Counted from the stretch's first letter, positions 19,007 to 29,160 are shown. The stretch is 64,000 nucleotides of DNA from an uncultured virus (IMG/VR IMGVR_UViG_3300023198_000928) (IMGVR_UViG_3300023198_000928), one strand, 5' to 3'. The notes: generated by a model from the sequence alone, not told the origin. A program made the numbers and translations.

Positions 19007-19669
19007 AATGCAGACCAGTTCAAATATAAAGAACTCTATGAAATGTATAGAGAGGGAACCGGGGATTTGACTAATGATTTTTTATTATTTAACAGTATTT
19101 TTAAAACCTCTATTGATAAAGAAGTATCTAATATTAAAAATTATGGTGATATTGTTAGGACTGTAGGAGTATCTAATTTAGTGTCTCCAGATCTTGGTTA
19201 TAAAATATCTAGTAAATCTCTTAATGTAAATTACAATAAAGAAATATCAGATATTAGTGATAAAAAGATTTATGTGCTTCAAGATTGTACTGTTTCAATG
19301 AAAAGGTATGATGGACATTTAAAGATGATAAAAGGTTTTATACTTAATCAAGCTTTTAAAAATGATTATGAAGTCGTTTGGTTATTAGTAAATGATAGAA
19401 TAATCGATGAACAGGTCTTTAATAAAGATAATTTAAATGAAGTAAATTCTAATAATATGTTTTATGGTATAAGGGTGAATACATCTAAAATACTAACAGA
19501 AGATAGATTTGCTCATAAGAAAGTTATTATTATTACAGACGGAACCGATCAGTTTAATTTTGAGTTTAATACAAAAACTACACAAGTTAATATGATCAGT
19601 TTTAACGATAATGTTGAACTAAGAAATATAATAGCAAATCATGGTAGATTTTTCAAAATCACGAGGTAA
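19007..19669 (+). CDS. vWA-domain protein (5' end lost in gap)
   Basis: MIDAS-like YVLQDCTVSM and IIITDG; follows a MoxR ATPase. Confidence 0.7.
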   Translation, partial: NADQFKYKELYEMYREGTGDLTNDFLLFNSIFKTSIDKEVSNIKNYGDIVRTVGVSNLVSPDLGYKISSKSLNVNYNKEISDISDKKIYVLQDCTVSMKRYDGHLKMIKGFILNQAFKNDYEVVWLLVNDRIIDEQVFNKDNLNEVNSNNMFYGIRVNTSKILTEDRFAHKKVIIITDGTDQFNFEFNTKTTQVNMISFNDNVELRNIIANHGRFFKITR

Positions 19670-21122
19670 TCTATTAAAGAAACTTCATAGTTTAGAAAAG
19701 GATACTTCGGTATCTGATAAACTTACTATAATAAATAATCAGGAAGATTCTTTACACGGTCTTAATATTGACCAAGAAGTTATGGTAAAGGGAATGATAG
19801 AATACTTAAGTGGTAAAACAGTTCTTGATTACTATTTAGTTCAAGGAAGTGGAGGAACCGGTAAAAGTTTTTCTGTACGAAGGGCTTTACAAGGGATAGA
19901 TCCTCAGCAAATCATAGCGGCGGCGCCTAGTCATTCAGCTAAAAACGTTCTTAAGAATTTCTTAGGGAAAAATTATACTGTAACGACAATAGCATCATTG
20001 TTAGGAAAAAAGATATCGTTTGATAAAAAAGGAAAGCAAATATTGGTAAAAATACCAAGAATTACTCCTCCTATTATTAACAAACAAATAATTCTTCTTG
20101 ATGAAGGTTCTATGATTGATGATGAAACTGCTGAAGAGATATTAAGCCATATAAAAACAGGAAAGAAACTTCTTGTAGTATTAGGAGATTATTGTCAATT
20201 ACCTCCAGTAGGTCAAGAATCAGATTCTTTGTTCTTTGAAAATATATCTGTGGAACTTACAATTCCTATGAGATTTACAGGGCCAATTTATTCGATTACA
20301 ACTTATATAAGGGAAGAAATAATTAAAGTAAGAAAAGGATTAATTCCTTCTCTCTACATTTTAAATATTAAAACCAATAGAATAAGTGACATTGATGAAT
20401 CAGGAAGTGGTTATATTTTTCTAAACTCTATTAATTCTGTAATTACTGCAGCTATTAAACGATTTAAAATGGGTAAAGGTACTCAATATGTTCGTGTTCT
20501 GGCTTATAGAAATAAAACTATTGATAGAATTAATATGAGAATTAGAGAAGGGTTATTTGGTAATAATCCTGATCAGTTTGAAGTAGGTGAAATGCTTATT
20601 AATACAGGAGGATATTCTTTAGATCGAGGTAAAAAATATAAATCAATAATAACAAATGGGGAGCTATTTGAAATTAAGCGTTCTAGAGATGTTATTGGAC
20701 CATATGATATTCCTTGTAAACAATTATATTTTAAAGGTAGAAAATTTGATGTACCTATTTTGACAGTATCATATGCCGGAAGAAAAACGTATGATGATAC
20801 TTTAGATAGACTCGTCAGATCAGCTAGTAATAATCATTCATTGTGGGGAGACGTGTATAAATTTAAAGAATCGTTCTCATATTTCAATTATAGTTATTCT
20901 ACAAGTATTCATAAAGCACAAGGAAGTTCTATCTCACATGTATTTATTATAGAGGAAGATATTTATGCCACTAGATCCACTAGCGTAAAGGAGAAGTTAC
21001 AATCAATGTATGTAGCCGTATCCAGAGCAGCTTTTAGAGTCTATATTTATAATAAATCTGTGAAGCCTGATAATTCTTTTTTGAACGTTGATTATTTAAA
21101 AAAGGATATTGATGATGAATAA
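19641..21122 (+). CDS. SF1B helicase (Dda/RecD-like)
   Basis: GSGGTGKS, AAPSHSA, LLDEGSM, GDYCQLPPV, SIHKAQGS, YVAVSRA. Confidence 0.9.
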   Translation: MVDFSKSRGNLLKKLHSLEKDTSVSDKLTIINNQEDSLHGLNIDQEVMVKGMIEYLSGKTVLDYYLVQGSGGTGKSFSVRRALQGIDPQQIIAAAPSHSAKNVLKNFLGKNYTVTTIASLLGKKISFDKKGKQILVKIPRITPPIINKQIILLDEGSMIDDETAEEILSHIKTGKKLLVVLGDYCQLPPVGQESDSLFFENISVELTIPMRFTGPIYSITTYIREEIIKVRKGLIPSLYILNIKTNRISDIDESGSGYIFLNSINSVITAAIKRFKMGKGTQYVRVLAYRNKTIDRINMRIREGLFGNNPDQFEVGEMLINTGGYSLDRGKKYKSIITNGELFEIKRSRDVIGPYDIPCKQLYFKGRKFDVPILTVSYAGRKTYDDTLDRLVRSASNNHSLWGDVYKFKESFSYFNYSYSTSIHKAQGSSISHVFIIEEDIYATRSTSVKEKLQSMYVAVSRAAFRVYIYNKSVKPDNSFLNVDYLKKDIDDE

Positions 21123-21576
21123 AACTGATTTAGAATTTAGGTTAGAACATTTGAATAAATATGCTATTATTGATGAGCCTTGTACTGTTGTAATTAGAAA
21201 TAATTCTAGACTTCAGATGGATGATTTATATACAGCTGATGGACACCATAGATGGATAATAAATTTAAAAGCAGTCTCTGCCGAGAATTTAGTATTGATA
21301 AAGGCGTTTGTAGCTCAAGGATCCTATTTAACATATGAAGATGTAGGGCCATTACTAATGAAAGGAGCTATCTGGGAAGAGCAGATTACAGTTGATTCTG
21401 ATTTACCCTCGAAGGGAGAAGAGGTTATCGCTGTATTTGGAATGGTTGATGAAATATTGAGATGTACTAATATAACTCTAATTCCTAGAGAACAGCCTAG
21501 AATATATTTATATGCTTGTGATGTGTTAGATGAGTTAACAGAATTTGAACGAATAATACAAGAATCTAATGAATAG
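21109..21576 (+). CDS. hypothetical protein
   Basis: 155-aa ORF between the helicase and polymerase, overlapping both. Confidence 0.75.
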   Translation: MMMNKTDLEFRLEHLNKYAIIDEPCTVVIRNNSRLQMDDLYTADGHHRWIINLKAVSAENLVLIKAFVAQGSYLTYEDVGPLLMKGAIWEEQITVDSDLPSKGEEVIAVFGMVDEILRCTNITLIPREQPRIYLYACDVLDELTEFERIIQESNE

Positions 21577-23713
21577 AAGAAAAGTTTACATACATAGTAA
21601 AGATAGAAATTATTTAACTGAAGAATATATTGATCTATTTGAAAATGCGAATGCCGAACTCTATGAAGGAGATTGTCATGTATTGCAAAAATTTTTAGAT
21701 AGTAATAATGTTTTACAATTAGATACGGAAACTAACGTTACCGATAAATATACTGAACGAGAACTTTATGTCGTCCAATTAGGTGACTATAAAGGAAGAG
21801 AGCAGCATATATTCGATATAACGGATATTGATAAAGATATTGATGAAATGCTTATTGAATTATTTAAAAGTGAGACCAAATTTATTGCTCATCATGCGAA
21901 ATTTGAATATACAGTTTTATATAAGCACTATAATATCTATACAAAGAATTATTTAGATACTTTTTTGGCGTCGAAACTGATAACAGCAGGATTGGATGTG
22001 CCTAAAGGATACAACAGCTTATCAGGATTGCTATTGCAGTTATTTGGTATTGATGTGAGTAAATCAGAACAAACAACGTTTACTGGAGAAATGATGACTC
22101 CCGAGCAATTGCTTTATGCTGATACAGATGTATTATACTTAGGACAGTTATTAGATAAGATGACTCCATCGTTAAAGAAATGGAAACTTATTAAATGCTT
22201 TAAGTTAGAAAATGCCTCTATTAGACCTATCGGTGATATGACTATTAATGGTGTTGAAATTGATACTGAAGCTCTTGATGAGAATATTGTGAATTATGAT
22301 AAACGAGCTGGCAAAGCTAAGCAGGAGATGATAAATGCGTTCACTAATGATAATGCTAAGGGAGTTCAGGAGAAACTTAAGAAATTAAACGTTATACAAG
22401 CAGAGGATGAAGTAATTATTAATTGGAATAGTAGTGTTCAAAAGAAGGCTATTTTAGGGTATTTATATCCTGACCAAACGATAACTACGACAGCTAAGAC
22501 AGCACTCACCAAACTTGAAAAAACGATCGATAATCCTAAGTTCCTTACAATGTATCTAAATGGTGATTATGAGGGGTTAAATAGCATTCTTATAAGCCGA
22601 CATATGCAGTTTTTAAAGGATTCTGGTATGATGATTATGGCAGGCAACCTAAATCTTAATTTTAACTCTCCAGCACAGTCTTTAGAGTTCTTTAAGATAT
22701 GGTATCCTCAACTGAAAAGTGTAGGAGTTAAACCTCTGAAAAAATTGAAGAATCCAGTAGTAATGGCCTACAAGAAATACACTAAAGCGAGCAAGCTAGT
22801 TACCTCATTTGGTAAGAAGATGCATACGTTTATAGAAAATGATGGTAGGATCCACGCTAACTTTAATTCTTTAACAGATTCGGGTAGTAGAATGAGTAGT
22901 AATAGACCTAATCAACAACAAGCACCAAGTACCGAAGAATATAGAAGAATCTATGTTCCTAGAGACGGGTGGAAATTAGTTGATTCAGATTATGCTAGTA
23001 TGGAATTATTCCTAGCTGCTGATTTGTCGCAGGATAAAAATCTACTTAGTGCCATTGCTAAAGGTTATGATTTACATAGTTACAGTGCTTATCAAATATT
23101 TGGTCAGAAATGGCTAGATGCTGGAGGAAGTGCTACACCTGTAGGGAAGCCTACTACTAAAGCAGCCAATATACTACGTAAGAAGTCTAAAGGAGCAAGT
23201 TTTAGTCTTCTATATGGTACTGGTGTAAGCGCATTTAGCGAAAATAATGATATGGCGCTTGCTGAAGGTAAGAAGATCATTGCTGCATATTACGCAGCGT
23301 TTCCGGAGTTAGCCGCGTTCTTTAAACAATCTGGAGAAGATGCTCTAAAGTTTAAGTATATAAGAGAACCTTATTTTAATAGAGTGAGATTCTTTAATAA
23401 ACCTAAAAATGGAATGGAAGTATCTCATATTAAAAATGCTGGTATGAATTATAAACCTCAATCTTCAAATATGTCAATTATGAAATATGCTTTATGTTTA
23501 ATGAAGAAGTATATTGAAGAAAATGATTTAGATGATAGAGTTAAGATTCTTATGAGCATTCATGATCAGGGAGTTTGTGAAGCTAGAGATGATTATGCTG
23601 ATAAATGGGCAGTAGTTCAAACCTCGCTTATGGAGAAAGCAGCTAAGTATGCTATGCCAAATGGAGAGATTAAAGCTGAGTCAGAGATTTTAGAACATTG
23701 GACAAAAGGATAA
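21569..23713 (+). CDS. polA: family A DNA polymerase with 3'-5' exonuclease
   Basis: ExoI LDTET, ExoIII YADTD, GRIH, SRMSS..PNQQQ, motif A DYASMEL, motif B RKKSKGASFSLLYG, motif C IHDQ. Confidence 0.95.
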   Translation: MNRRKVYIHSKDRNYLTEEYIDLFENANAELYEGDCHVLQKFLDSNNVLQLDTETNVTDKYTERELYVVQLGDYKGREQHIFDITDIDKDIDEMLIELFKSETKFIAHHAKFEYTVLYKHYNIYTKNYLDTFLASKLITAGLDVPKGYNSLSGLLLQLFGIDVSKSEQTTFTGEMMTPEQLLYADTDVLYLGQLLDKMTPSLKKWKLIKCFKLENASIRPIGDMTINGVEIDTEALDENIVNYDKRAGKAKQEMINAFTNDNAKGVQEKLKKLNVIQAEDEVIINWNSSVQKKAILGYLYPDQTITTTAKTALTKLEKTIDNPKFLTMYLNGDYEGLNSILISRHMQFLKDSGMMIMAGNLNLNFNSPAQSLEFFKIWYPQLKSVGVKPLKKLKNPVVMAYKKYTKASKLVTSFGKKMHTFIENDGRIHANFNSLTDSGSRMSSNRPNQQQAPSTEEYRRIYVPRDGWKLVDSDYASMELFLAADLSQDKNLLSAIAKGYDLHSYSAYQIFGQKWLDAGGSATPVGKPTTKAANILRKKSKGASFSLLYGTGVSAFSENNDMALAEGKKIIAAYYAAFPELAAFFKQSGEDALKFKYIREPYFNRVRFFNKPKNGMEVSHIKNAGMNYKPQSSNMSIMKYALCLMKKYIEENDLDDRVKILMSIHDQGVCEARDDYADKWAVVQTSLMEKAAKYAMPNGEIKAESEILEHWTKG

Positions 23714-23850
23714 TGGAAACTACAGAAACAACAAACAGTTTACGCTCTTGTGATACCTGTGGAATTAATTCTGGAAATTTATATATTCTAGATAATGGAG
23801 AGACATATTGTATTAATCATATTAAAATAAAATACAATGAGAGTAATTAA
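23713..23850 (+). CDS. 45-aa zinc-finger-like protein (below the ORF-track cutoff)
   Basis: TAATG-coupled to polA; METTETTNSLRSCDTCGINSGNLYILDNGETYCINHIKIKYNESN (CxxC...CxxH). Confidence 0.65.
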   Translation: METTETTNSLRSCDTCGINSGNLYILDNGETYCINHIKIKYNESN

Positions 23851-24031
23851 AGACAGTGATTTTGGTGATGTAACGCTAGAATATAAAATGCTAGATCTTG
23901 ATGGGACCAATTTAGAAGAGGTCGTACAAGTGACTAGTGATACAGGTGAATTTCTCGGGAATATTTTTTCTGTTCCTATTGAAGATGTGACTGAGAGAGA
24001 TATTAACGATAATTGTAGTTATGCGGCATGA
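23837..24031 (+). CDS. small acidic hypothetical protein
   Basis: 64-aa ORF with ATGA overlap to the next gene. Confidence 0.6.
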   Translation: MRVIKDSDFGDVTLEYKMLDLDGTNLEEVVQVTSDTGEFLGNIFSVPIEDVTERDINDNCSYAA

Positions 24032-24780
24032 GTAGTATATTATTAGAGAATCTACAGAAGGCGTTAAATCAGAAGATTATAAATGCTGAACAAGCAATGT
24101 ACCTTATTTATTTAAATAGTGGTTTAGATTATCCTATCAAAAAACTTAGCTTAACAAAATTAGTAGCTCTTAAATATGTCCATAATAATAAAGTGGATAA
24201 GCAGTTATTTAGTGAGATAAGTAATAGAAGTGGAATGTCAGGGACTATTAAAGCTATTTATAAGTATCCATTATCTCAAGAAGTAGTAATACATTTAACT
24301 AAACTTTTATGTGTAACTGTTCCTGGGACTAAGAAGATTCAATTTCCTAATGAAGATGATTCACTGGAGAATACAGCTAATAAATTTTTAGCTAAAGAAG
24401 GTTTAATAGCACATCATTTTATAATATTCTTATTCTTATTTCCTATAAAAGCAAAAACCAATAGAAAATGGGAAAGACATTTCTTTGGTAGTCGTATTTA
24501 TAAGGGAGCAAGAATTAGAGTTAGAAGTAAAGCTACTGGGACACTTTTTAGGAAGGCAGTAAAAACTAGGGATATGGGAGTATTCCTGTATGGCACTTAT
24601 TTGTATATGCAATCATGCATTCAAGAGGATAAAGCTTATGTAAAAACAATAAAAAATTACATGGCTGAATTTGAAGATTGGTATGATGAGGCAGAAGATC
24701 TAATTAAAAACGCTAAAAACATTAAAGAGCTTTTTAAAAGAAAGTTTTCTGATGATGATAGACTAAATGTAACATATTAA
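24028..24780 (+). CDS. putative replication initiator / helicase-loader-like protein
   Basis: coupled to the DnaB-like gene; C-terminal YVKTIKNYM..FEDW resembles replication-initiator C-termini; function inferred mostly from context. Confidence 0.4.
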   Translation: MSSILLENLQKALNQKIINAEQAMYLIYLNSGLDYPIKKLSLTKLVALKYVHNNKVDKQLFSEISNRSGMSGTIKAIYKYPLSQEVVIHLTKLLCVTVPGTKKIQFPNEDDSLENTANKFLAKEGLIAHHFIIFLFLFPIKAKTNRKWERHFFGSRIYKGARIRVRSKATGTLFRKAVKTRDMGVFLYGTYLYMQSCIQEDKAYVKTIKNYMAEFEDWYDEAEDLIKNAKNIKELFKRKFSDDDRLNVTY

Positions 24781-25859
24781 TGAGTAGTATATTTTCATTA
24801 TTTAAAGATTCCTTATTAGATTTTGTGGATCTTAACAATAAGTATAATCTTAGATATCCTCTAGAAAAAACCGGAGCAGTGTTTAATAATTATACTAGAG
24901 GAGATTTTATTATAATTGGAGGAAGAAAAACATCCGGAAAAAGTTCATTATTAATGAATAATTATGTAATTTCACCTATAGTTCAAAAAATATCAGCTAA
25001 AAGAAATGACACCCCTTTTGATGTAAAAGTAGTTTACATTAATACCAGAAAATCTGTTAAGAATATAATGGAGAGACTGATAGTAAACTATTTATCCTAT
25101 AAAAATAATGGGACTAAGTTAGGAGTACCATCGTTATATGGGTATGAAGGGAGACATCAATATATGTCGTCAAAAGCTTCTAAAGGCCATATAGCAAAGA
25201 CTATGGGAGTTTTTGATACCTTTGTTGATAGAGGATTTCTTAATGTCATTACTTCTAGAAGAACAATTTTTGAAATAGAAAATATTATACGAACTACGAT
25301 GGACGAGTACGGTACATTAGATACCGAAAGTGACACTTTTACATACGATAAAGAATATATTAACTTGATACCAATTATATCTATAGATGATACATCAGGC
25401 ATTTCAGGCGAAACTGGATCTTCTCTAGGTAGAGCAGAAACAGGACATTTGATAGGCCAGAAATTAAAATCTTTGGCTAAAATCTATAATATAATCGTTG
25501 TTCTAGCAGTCCCTTCTCTTTCTTTATTTAGAAAATTTGAAGGAGTACATAGAAGTTCTGTTGATGAAATATATCCGTATAATATTTATGCAGACAGAGT
25601 AGCAATAATGCATAATCCACAAGAAACTAATGATAAGCAAGCTTTAGGACTTGCAACGGAAGATTTTATAAGTCCTAATACAGGGATATGTTATCTTCGT
25701 ACGATCTTTATTGCAGCCAATTATATGGGTCCTAGTGGGTTAGTATTTCCTTTATTTCTATATCCTGAAAATGGATTTATAATGGAGTTACCTCCAGGAG
25801 ATGATGAGGAGATAGGAGTATTTATAGACCTTGTTAATATAGACAGAATTAAAAATTAA
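24780..25859 (+). CDS. DnaB/RecA-fold helicase-like protein (degenerate motifs)
   Basis: Walker A GGRKTSGKSS, Walker B IISIDD, LKSLAKIYNIIVV, ADRVAIMHNP. Confidence 0.7.
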   Translation: MSSIFSLFKDSLLDFVDLNNKYNLRYPLEKTGAVFNNYTRGDFIIIGGRKTSGKSSLLMNNYVISPIVQKISAKRNDTPFDVKVVYINTRKSVKNIMERLIVNYLSYKNNGTKLGVPSLYGYEGRHQYMSSKASKGHIAKTMGVFDTFVDRGFLNVITSRRTIFEIENIIRTTMDEYGTLDTESDTFTYDKEYINLIPIISIDDTSGISGETGSSLGRAETGHLIGQKLKSLAKIYNIIVVLAVPSLSLFRKFEGVHRSSVDEIYPYNIYADRVAIMHNPQETNDKQALGLATEDFISPNTGICYLRTIFIAANYMGPSGLVFPLFLYPENGFIMELPPGDDEEIGVFIDLVNIDRIKN

Positions 25860-25874
25860 GACCATTTAAATAAA

Positions 25875-26663
25875 ATGACAGTAAAAAGTAAAAAAGCAGC
25901 TGAAAAATCAGTTGAAAAGACCGAGACCACTGCAACTACTGCAGTAATGACCACAGACGTAGCATTAGAAAAAGAAACTTCTTTAGTTAATATTCGCGAA
26001 GAAGTTAAAGACATGGAAACATTGCCTAGTAGAGAATGGGCAAATTCTATTGATATGGCTAGAACTTTAGATGAGAAGAAAATGTTTGCAGTTCAAATGA
26101 TCCAATCCGGATTATTACCTACCTCATTAGCATCTAGAGATAATTTAGAAGATGAGGATTTCAGAGATAAAGCTATTGGAGCAGTAATCGCCGTAGTAGA
26201 ATATGGTAGAGAATTAAATATTACTCCTTGGGTAGCACTTCACGGAATGCACGTAGTTCAGGGTAAAGTAGTTATGGGAATCCATATGTATACTGGCCTA
26301 GCTCTTAAAAATAATATCTTAATTAATGTTGTAAAAGATTATGCAAGAATTACTAATAAAGAGGGGAAACTAGTTGATCGCATCACTGAAGTTGAGATTA
26401 CTAGAAAACATGCAGCATTCAACGATATGGTTAAGACTTATACATTTACCAAGCGTTGGACCGATATTACTAAAGCAGAACTTCATACTAAGGATAATTA
26501 CAAAAAAATGCCTGCCTTAATGATGAGAACCAGATGTATCGTAGAAGCACTTAGATTATACGCTTCTGATATATTTATGGGTACATTCGAGACATCTGAG
26601 ATGTTGGATGTAAATAATAGAACCTATGAGCTTAACGCTGATGGGAGTGTAAAGAAATACTAA
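25875..26663 (+). CDS. RecT-like ssDNA annealing protein
   Basis: YGRELNITPW.AL.GMHVVQGK; DNYKKMPALMMRTRC..EALR..SDIFMG. Confidence 0.75.
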   Translation: MTVKSKKAAEKSVEKTETTATTAVMTTDVALEKETSLVNIREEVKDMETLPSREWANSIDMARTLDEKKMFAVQMIQSGLLPTSLASRDNLEDEDFRDKAIGAVIAVVEYGRELNITPWVALHGMHVVQGKVVMGIHMYTGLALKNNILINVVKDYARITNKEGKLVDRITEVEITRKHAAFNDMVKTYTFTKRWTDITKAELHTKDNYKKMPALMMRTRCIVEALRLYASDIFMGTFETSEMLDVNNRTYELNADGSVKKY

Positions 26664-26681
26664 TATTTAAATAAATAAATA

Positions 26682-27356
26682 ATGAGTGAAGATTCAAAAA
26701 ACAGTACAGTCGCAGAAACAACAGGACCTAGTATCCTTAATTTCTTTGACCAACAAGCGTCGTCTTCAGAATTAGGCGAAGGAGTTCACGAGAGAGTTAA
26801 ACTTGTTTCTATCGATCCTGAACATAGGAGAGATAAAAATGATAAAATTATCAAAAAACAGCTCTTCTTAAAATTTAAAAAGTTTGATAAAGAAGGAGTA
26901 GATATAGGAGAAATAGACATCTCTTTCTTTATGATTGATGCTTCAAAAGATACAGCAATCACTAATTTACATATGTTTTTATCTCAAACTATGGAAATTT
27001 TGAGTATCTTTCTACCTGAGGATGAGATAACTAAGAATTTTGACCCTTTATCAGTGCTATATGACGCTGAAAAAGAAACTCGAAAAGAGGAAGAAGTGAT
27101 CAAAGATTATACATATGATATGATCAAAAAGAAGGTTCTTAAGAAAGGTTCTTTATTTACAAAAGTAGAGAAATCAATCTGTAGTCAATTTACAGAGCTT
27201 CTTAAAGATAAGATAGGTTTTAAATCAAGTGCTTTCAGATTAAAGTTAGAAAAGCAACAAGATACTAACTATGTTCAAATACCTAGATATGATAGATTTG
27301 TAGAAAAGTCTAATGTAAAGAAAGAGAAGTCTGTTTTATATGTTAATGCTAAATAA
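26682..27356 (+). CDS. putative ssDNA-binding protein, paralog 1
   Basis: similar to the downstream gene; lies between the annealing protein and primase. Confidence 0.45.
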   Translation: MSEDSKNSTVAETTGPSILNFFDQQASSSELGEGVHERVKLVSIDPEHRRDKNDKIIKKQLFLKFKKFDKEGVDIGEIDISFFMIDASKDTAITNLHMFLSQTMEILSIFLPEDEITKNFDPLSVLYDAEKETRKEEEVIKDYTYDMIKKKVLKKGSLFTKVEKSICSQFTELLKDKIGFKSSAFRLKLEKQQDTNYVQIPRYDRFVEKSNVKKEKSVLYVNAK

Positions 27357-27364
27357 TTTAAGAA

Positions 27365-28093
27365 ATGAGAAATTTAACAAATGTATTTTTAGAGACAGCT
27401 CCATCACGATTTAAGTTGCCTTTCGGAATTAATGAAAATATTATATTAAAGAGAGTTGATAACGAAATTCGTAGGGATAAGAATGGGCTTAAAATTAACA
27501 AGAACTGTTACATGACTTTTGCAGCAGTGGATGTTGAAGAGAATAATAAAATACTAGCAGAAACTACGTTTAGTTATTTTAATATAGATAAGCCAGTTTT
27601 CGCTACTAAGAATTTTATTAATCAATTTAATCAGATAATTCAAATATCTCAAGCAGTTATTCCTGCCGATAAAGTAAATGATGCTTTAGAGCCATTACAG
27701 TTAGCTTTAGGAGAAGAGATTGAATTATTTACTGAGATTCAAAAGTCTCCATCAGCAACTGCTAAACTGACAAAGAAAATAGCAGAACTTCAGAAAAGAG
27801 TTGTAGAAGAATTTATTGCCGCTATTACTCCATATACTAATGAGAACAGTGAACTAGTTAATTTACTAGTAGTTACTGGTACTAATGGACAATTCTTAAA
27901 TCTTCCTAGAGAGGATAAAGGATTCATTTCTAAAATGGAGGGTGGTCGTAAACTTTCTATTGACTCTAAGTATGTGAGATGGCATGATAATAAAGATAAG
28001 AAAGAGAAATCGAAAGCTGATGACATTGGAAATGATGAGATTTTAGAAGAAGAAGAAATATTAGTAGAGGATGATAATGAATTAGATATCTAA
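27365..28093 (+). CDS. putative ssDNA-binding protein, paralog 2 (acidic tail)
   Basis: strongly acidic C-terminus DDIGNDEILEEEEILVEDDNELDI; replication context. Confidence 0.55.
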   Translation: MRNLTNVFLETAPSRFKLPFGINENIILKRVDNEIRRDKNGLKINKNCYMTFAAVDVEENNKILAETTFSYFNIDKPVFATKNFINQFNQIIQISQAVIPADKVNDALEPLQLALGEEIELFTEIQKSPSATAKLTKKIAELQKRVVEEFIAAITPYTNENSELVNLLVVTGTNGQFLNLPREDKGFISKMEGGRKLSIDSKYVRWHDNKDKKEKSKADDIGNDEILEEEEILVEDDNELDI

Positions 28094-28104
28094 ACATTAT
28101 TATT

Positions 28105-29160
28105 ATGAATCTAACTAAAATATTTCTTCAGACACGGAAAACGCTATCTGAGAAACTATTTGAACAAGTTAGTTCATATGACATCTTTTGTACCTTCATT
28201 GGAGGAAATATTAAAGTGGGAAAGACTATTCTAAGTCCGATAAGGAAGGATAATCGTCCCACTTTTATTTTATTTGTGCCTGAAGATAAAGATGAGGTAT
28301 TTTTTAAAGATTTTGCATGGGTAGGTGGAAATGTATTTAAATTTGTAAAATTATATGCTTTATACCACGAAAGTCTAAATTTAAGCTCTAGAAGAGATAT
28401 AATTCACTATATTGATGAAAGAATGGGTATTGGACTTTTTGATGATGTTAAAAAGAAGAAAATAGTTCGAAGAGTTTTAGACAAATCTTTTTATGCTTCT
28501 AAAAGAAATATCAGATTTAAATCAAGAGCATTTACTACTAGAGATTTAGAATATTGGAAAAATTACCACATTGATGAAGAAATTCTAAAATATTTTAATG
28601 TAAAGTCAGTTCATAAACTATTAAATGAAGAAGATGAAGTAGTTTATACTGTTTCTCAAAGGAACTTAACTTTCGCTTATATAATCTATAATAAAATAAA
28701 ATTATATAGACCGGAAGAATGCGCTGAGTATAAGTGGAGAAATACTTGTCCTGGGCATTATATCCAGGGAATACAACAAGTTTTAAAGCAGAAATCAGGT
28801 AATAAAAAATTAATAATTACAAAATCACTTAAAGATGTGATGGTTTTTTATAAATTTTTAAGAAATGAATATGATGTGATAGCCCCTCATAGTGAGACAT
28901 ATATATTCACTCCTAAGCTTCTTAAACTGTTATATTCTTTATATGACGAAATTATCATTATATTTGACTATGATTTAGCAGGAGTACAAGGTGCTAACCG
29001 ATTACGAAAATTAAACCATAGATTTAGATATACATTCGTATCAACAAAACGAGTGAGAGTGAATGGAAAAATACAAGTCATTGATAAAGATATCTCTGAT
29101 TATGTAGTTGATAGATCGGAACATCAGATTAGGGAACATTTAAGAGAGATAGGTTTATGA
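28105..29160 (+). CDS. DNA primase (crAss-type TOPRIM)
   Basis: SPIRKDNRPTF, FKDF..GG, KLYRP...KW, LIITKSLKDVM, FDYDLAG, KDISDY. Confidence 0.85.
   Translation: MNLTKIFLQTRKTLSEKLFEQVSSYDIFCTFIGGNIKVGKTILSPIRKDNRPTFILFVPEDKDEVFFKDFAWVGGNVFKFVKLYALYHESLNLSSRRDIIHYIDERMGIGLFDDVKKKKIVRRVLDKSFYASKRNIRFKSRAFTTRDLEYWKNYHIDEEILKYFNVKSVHKLLNEEDEVVYTVSQRNLTFAYIIYNKIKLYRPEECAEYKWRNTCPGHYIQGIQQVLKQKSGNKKLIITKSLKDVMVFYKFLRNEYDVIAPHSETYIFTPKLLKLLYSLYDEIIIIFDYDLAGVQGANRLRKLNHRFRYTFVSTKRVRVNGKIQVIDKDISDYVVDRSEHQIREHLREIGL

Noticed and set aside
17873..19669. 598-aa AAA-vWA fusion as given in the ORF track
   Set aside because: The reading frame runs through a 100-N placeholder of unknown length; two separate genes are at least as likely.
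21569..23713. Intron or intein in the DNA polymerase
   Set aside because: Continuous 714-aa ORF with normally spaced motifs and no homing-endonuclease signature.
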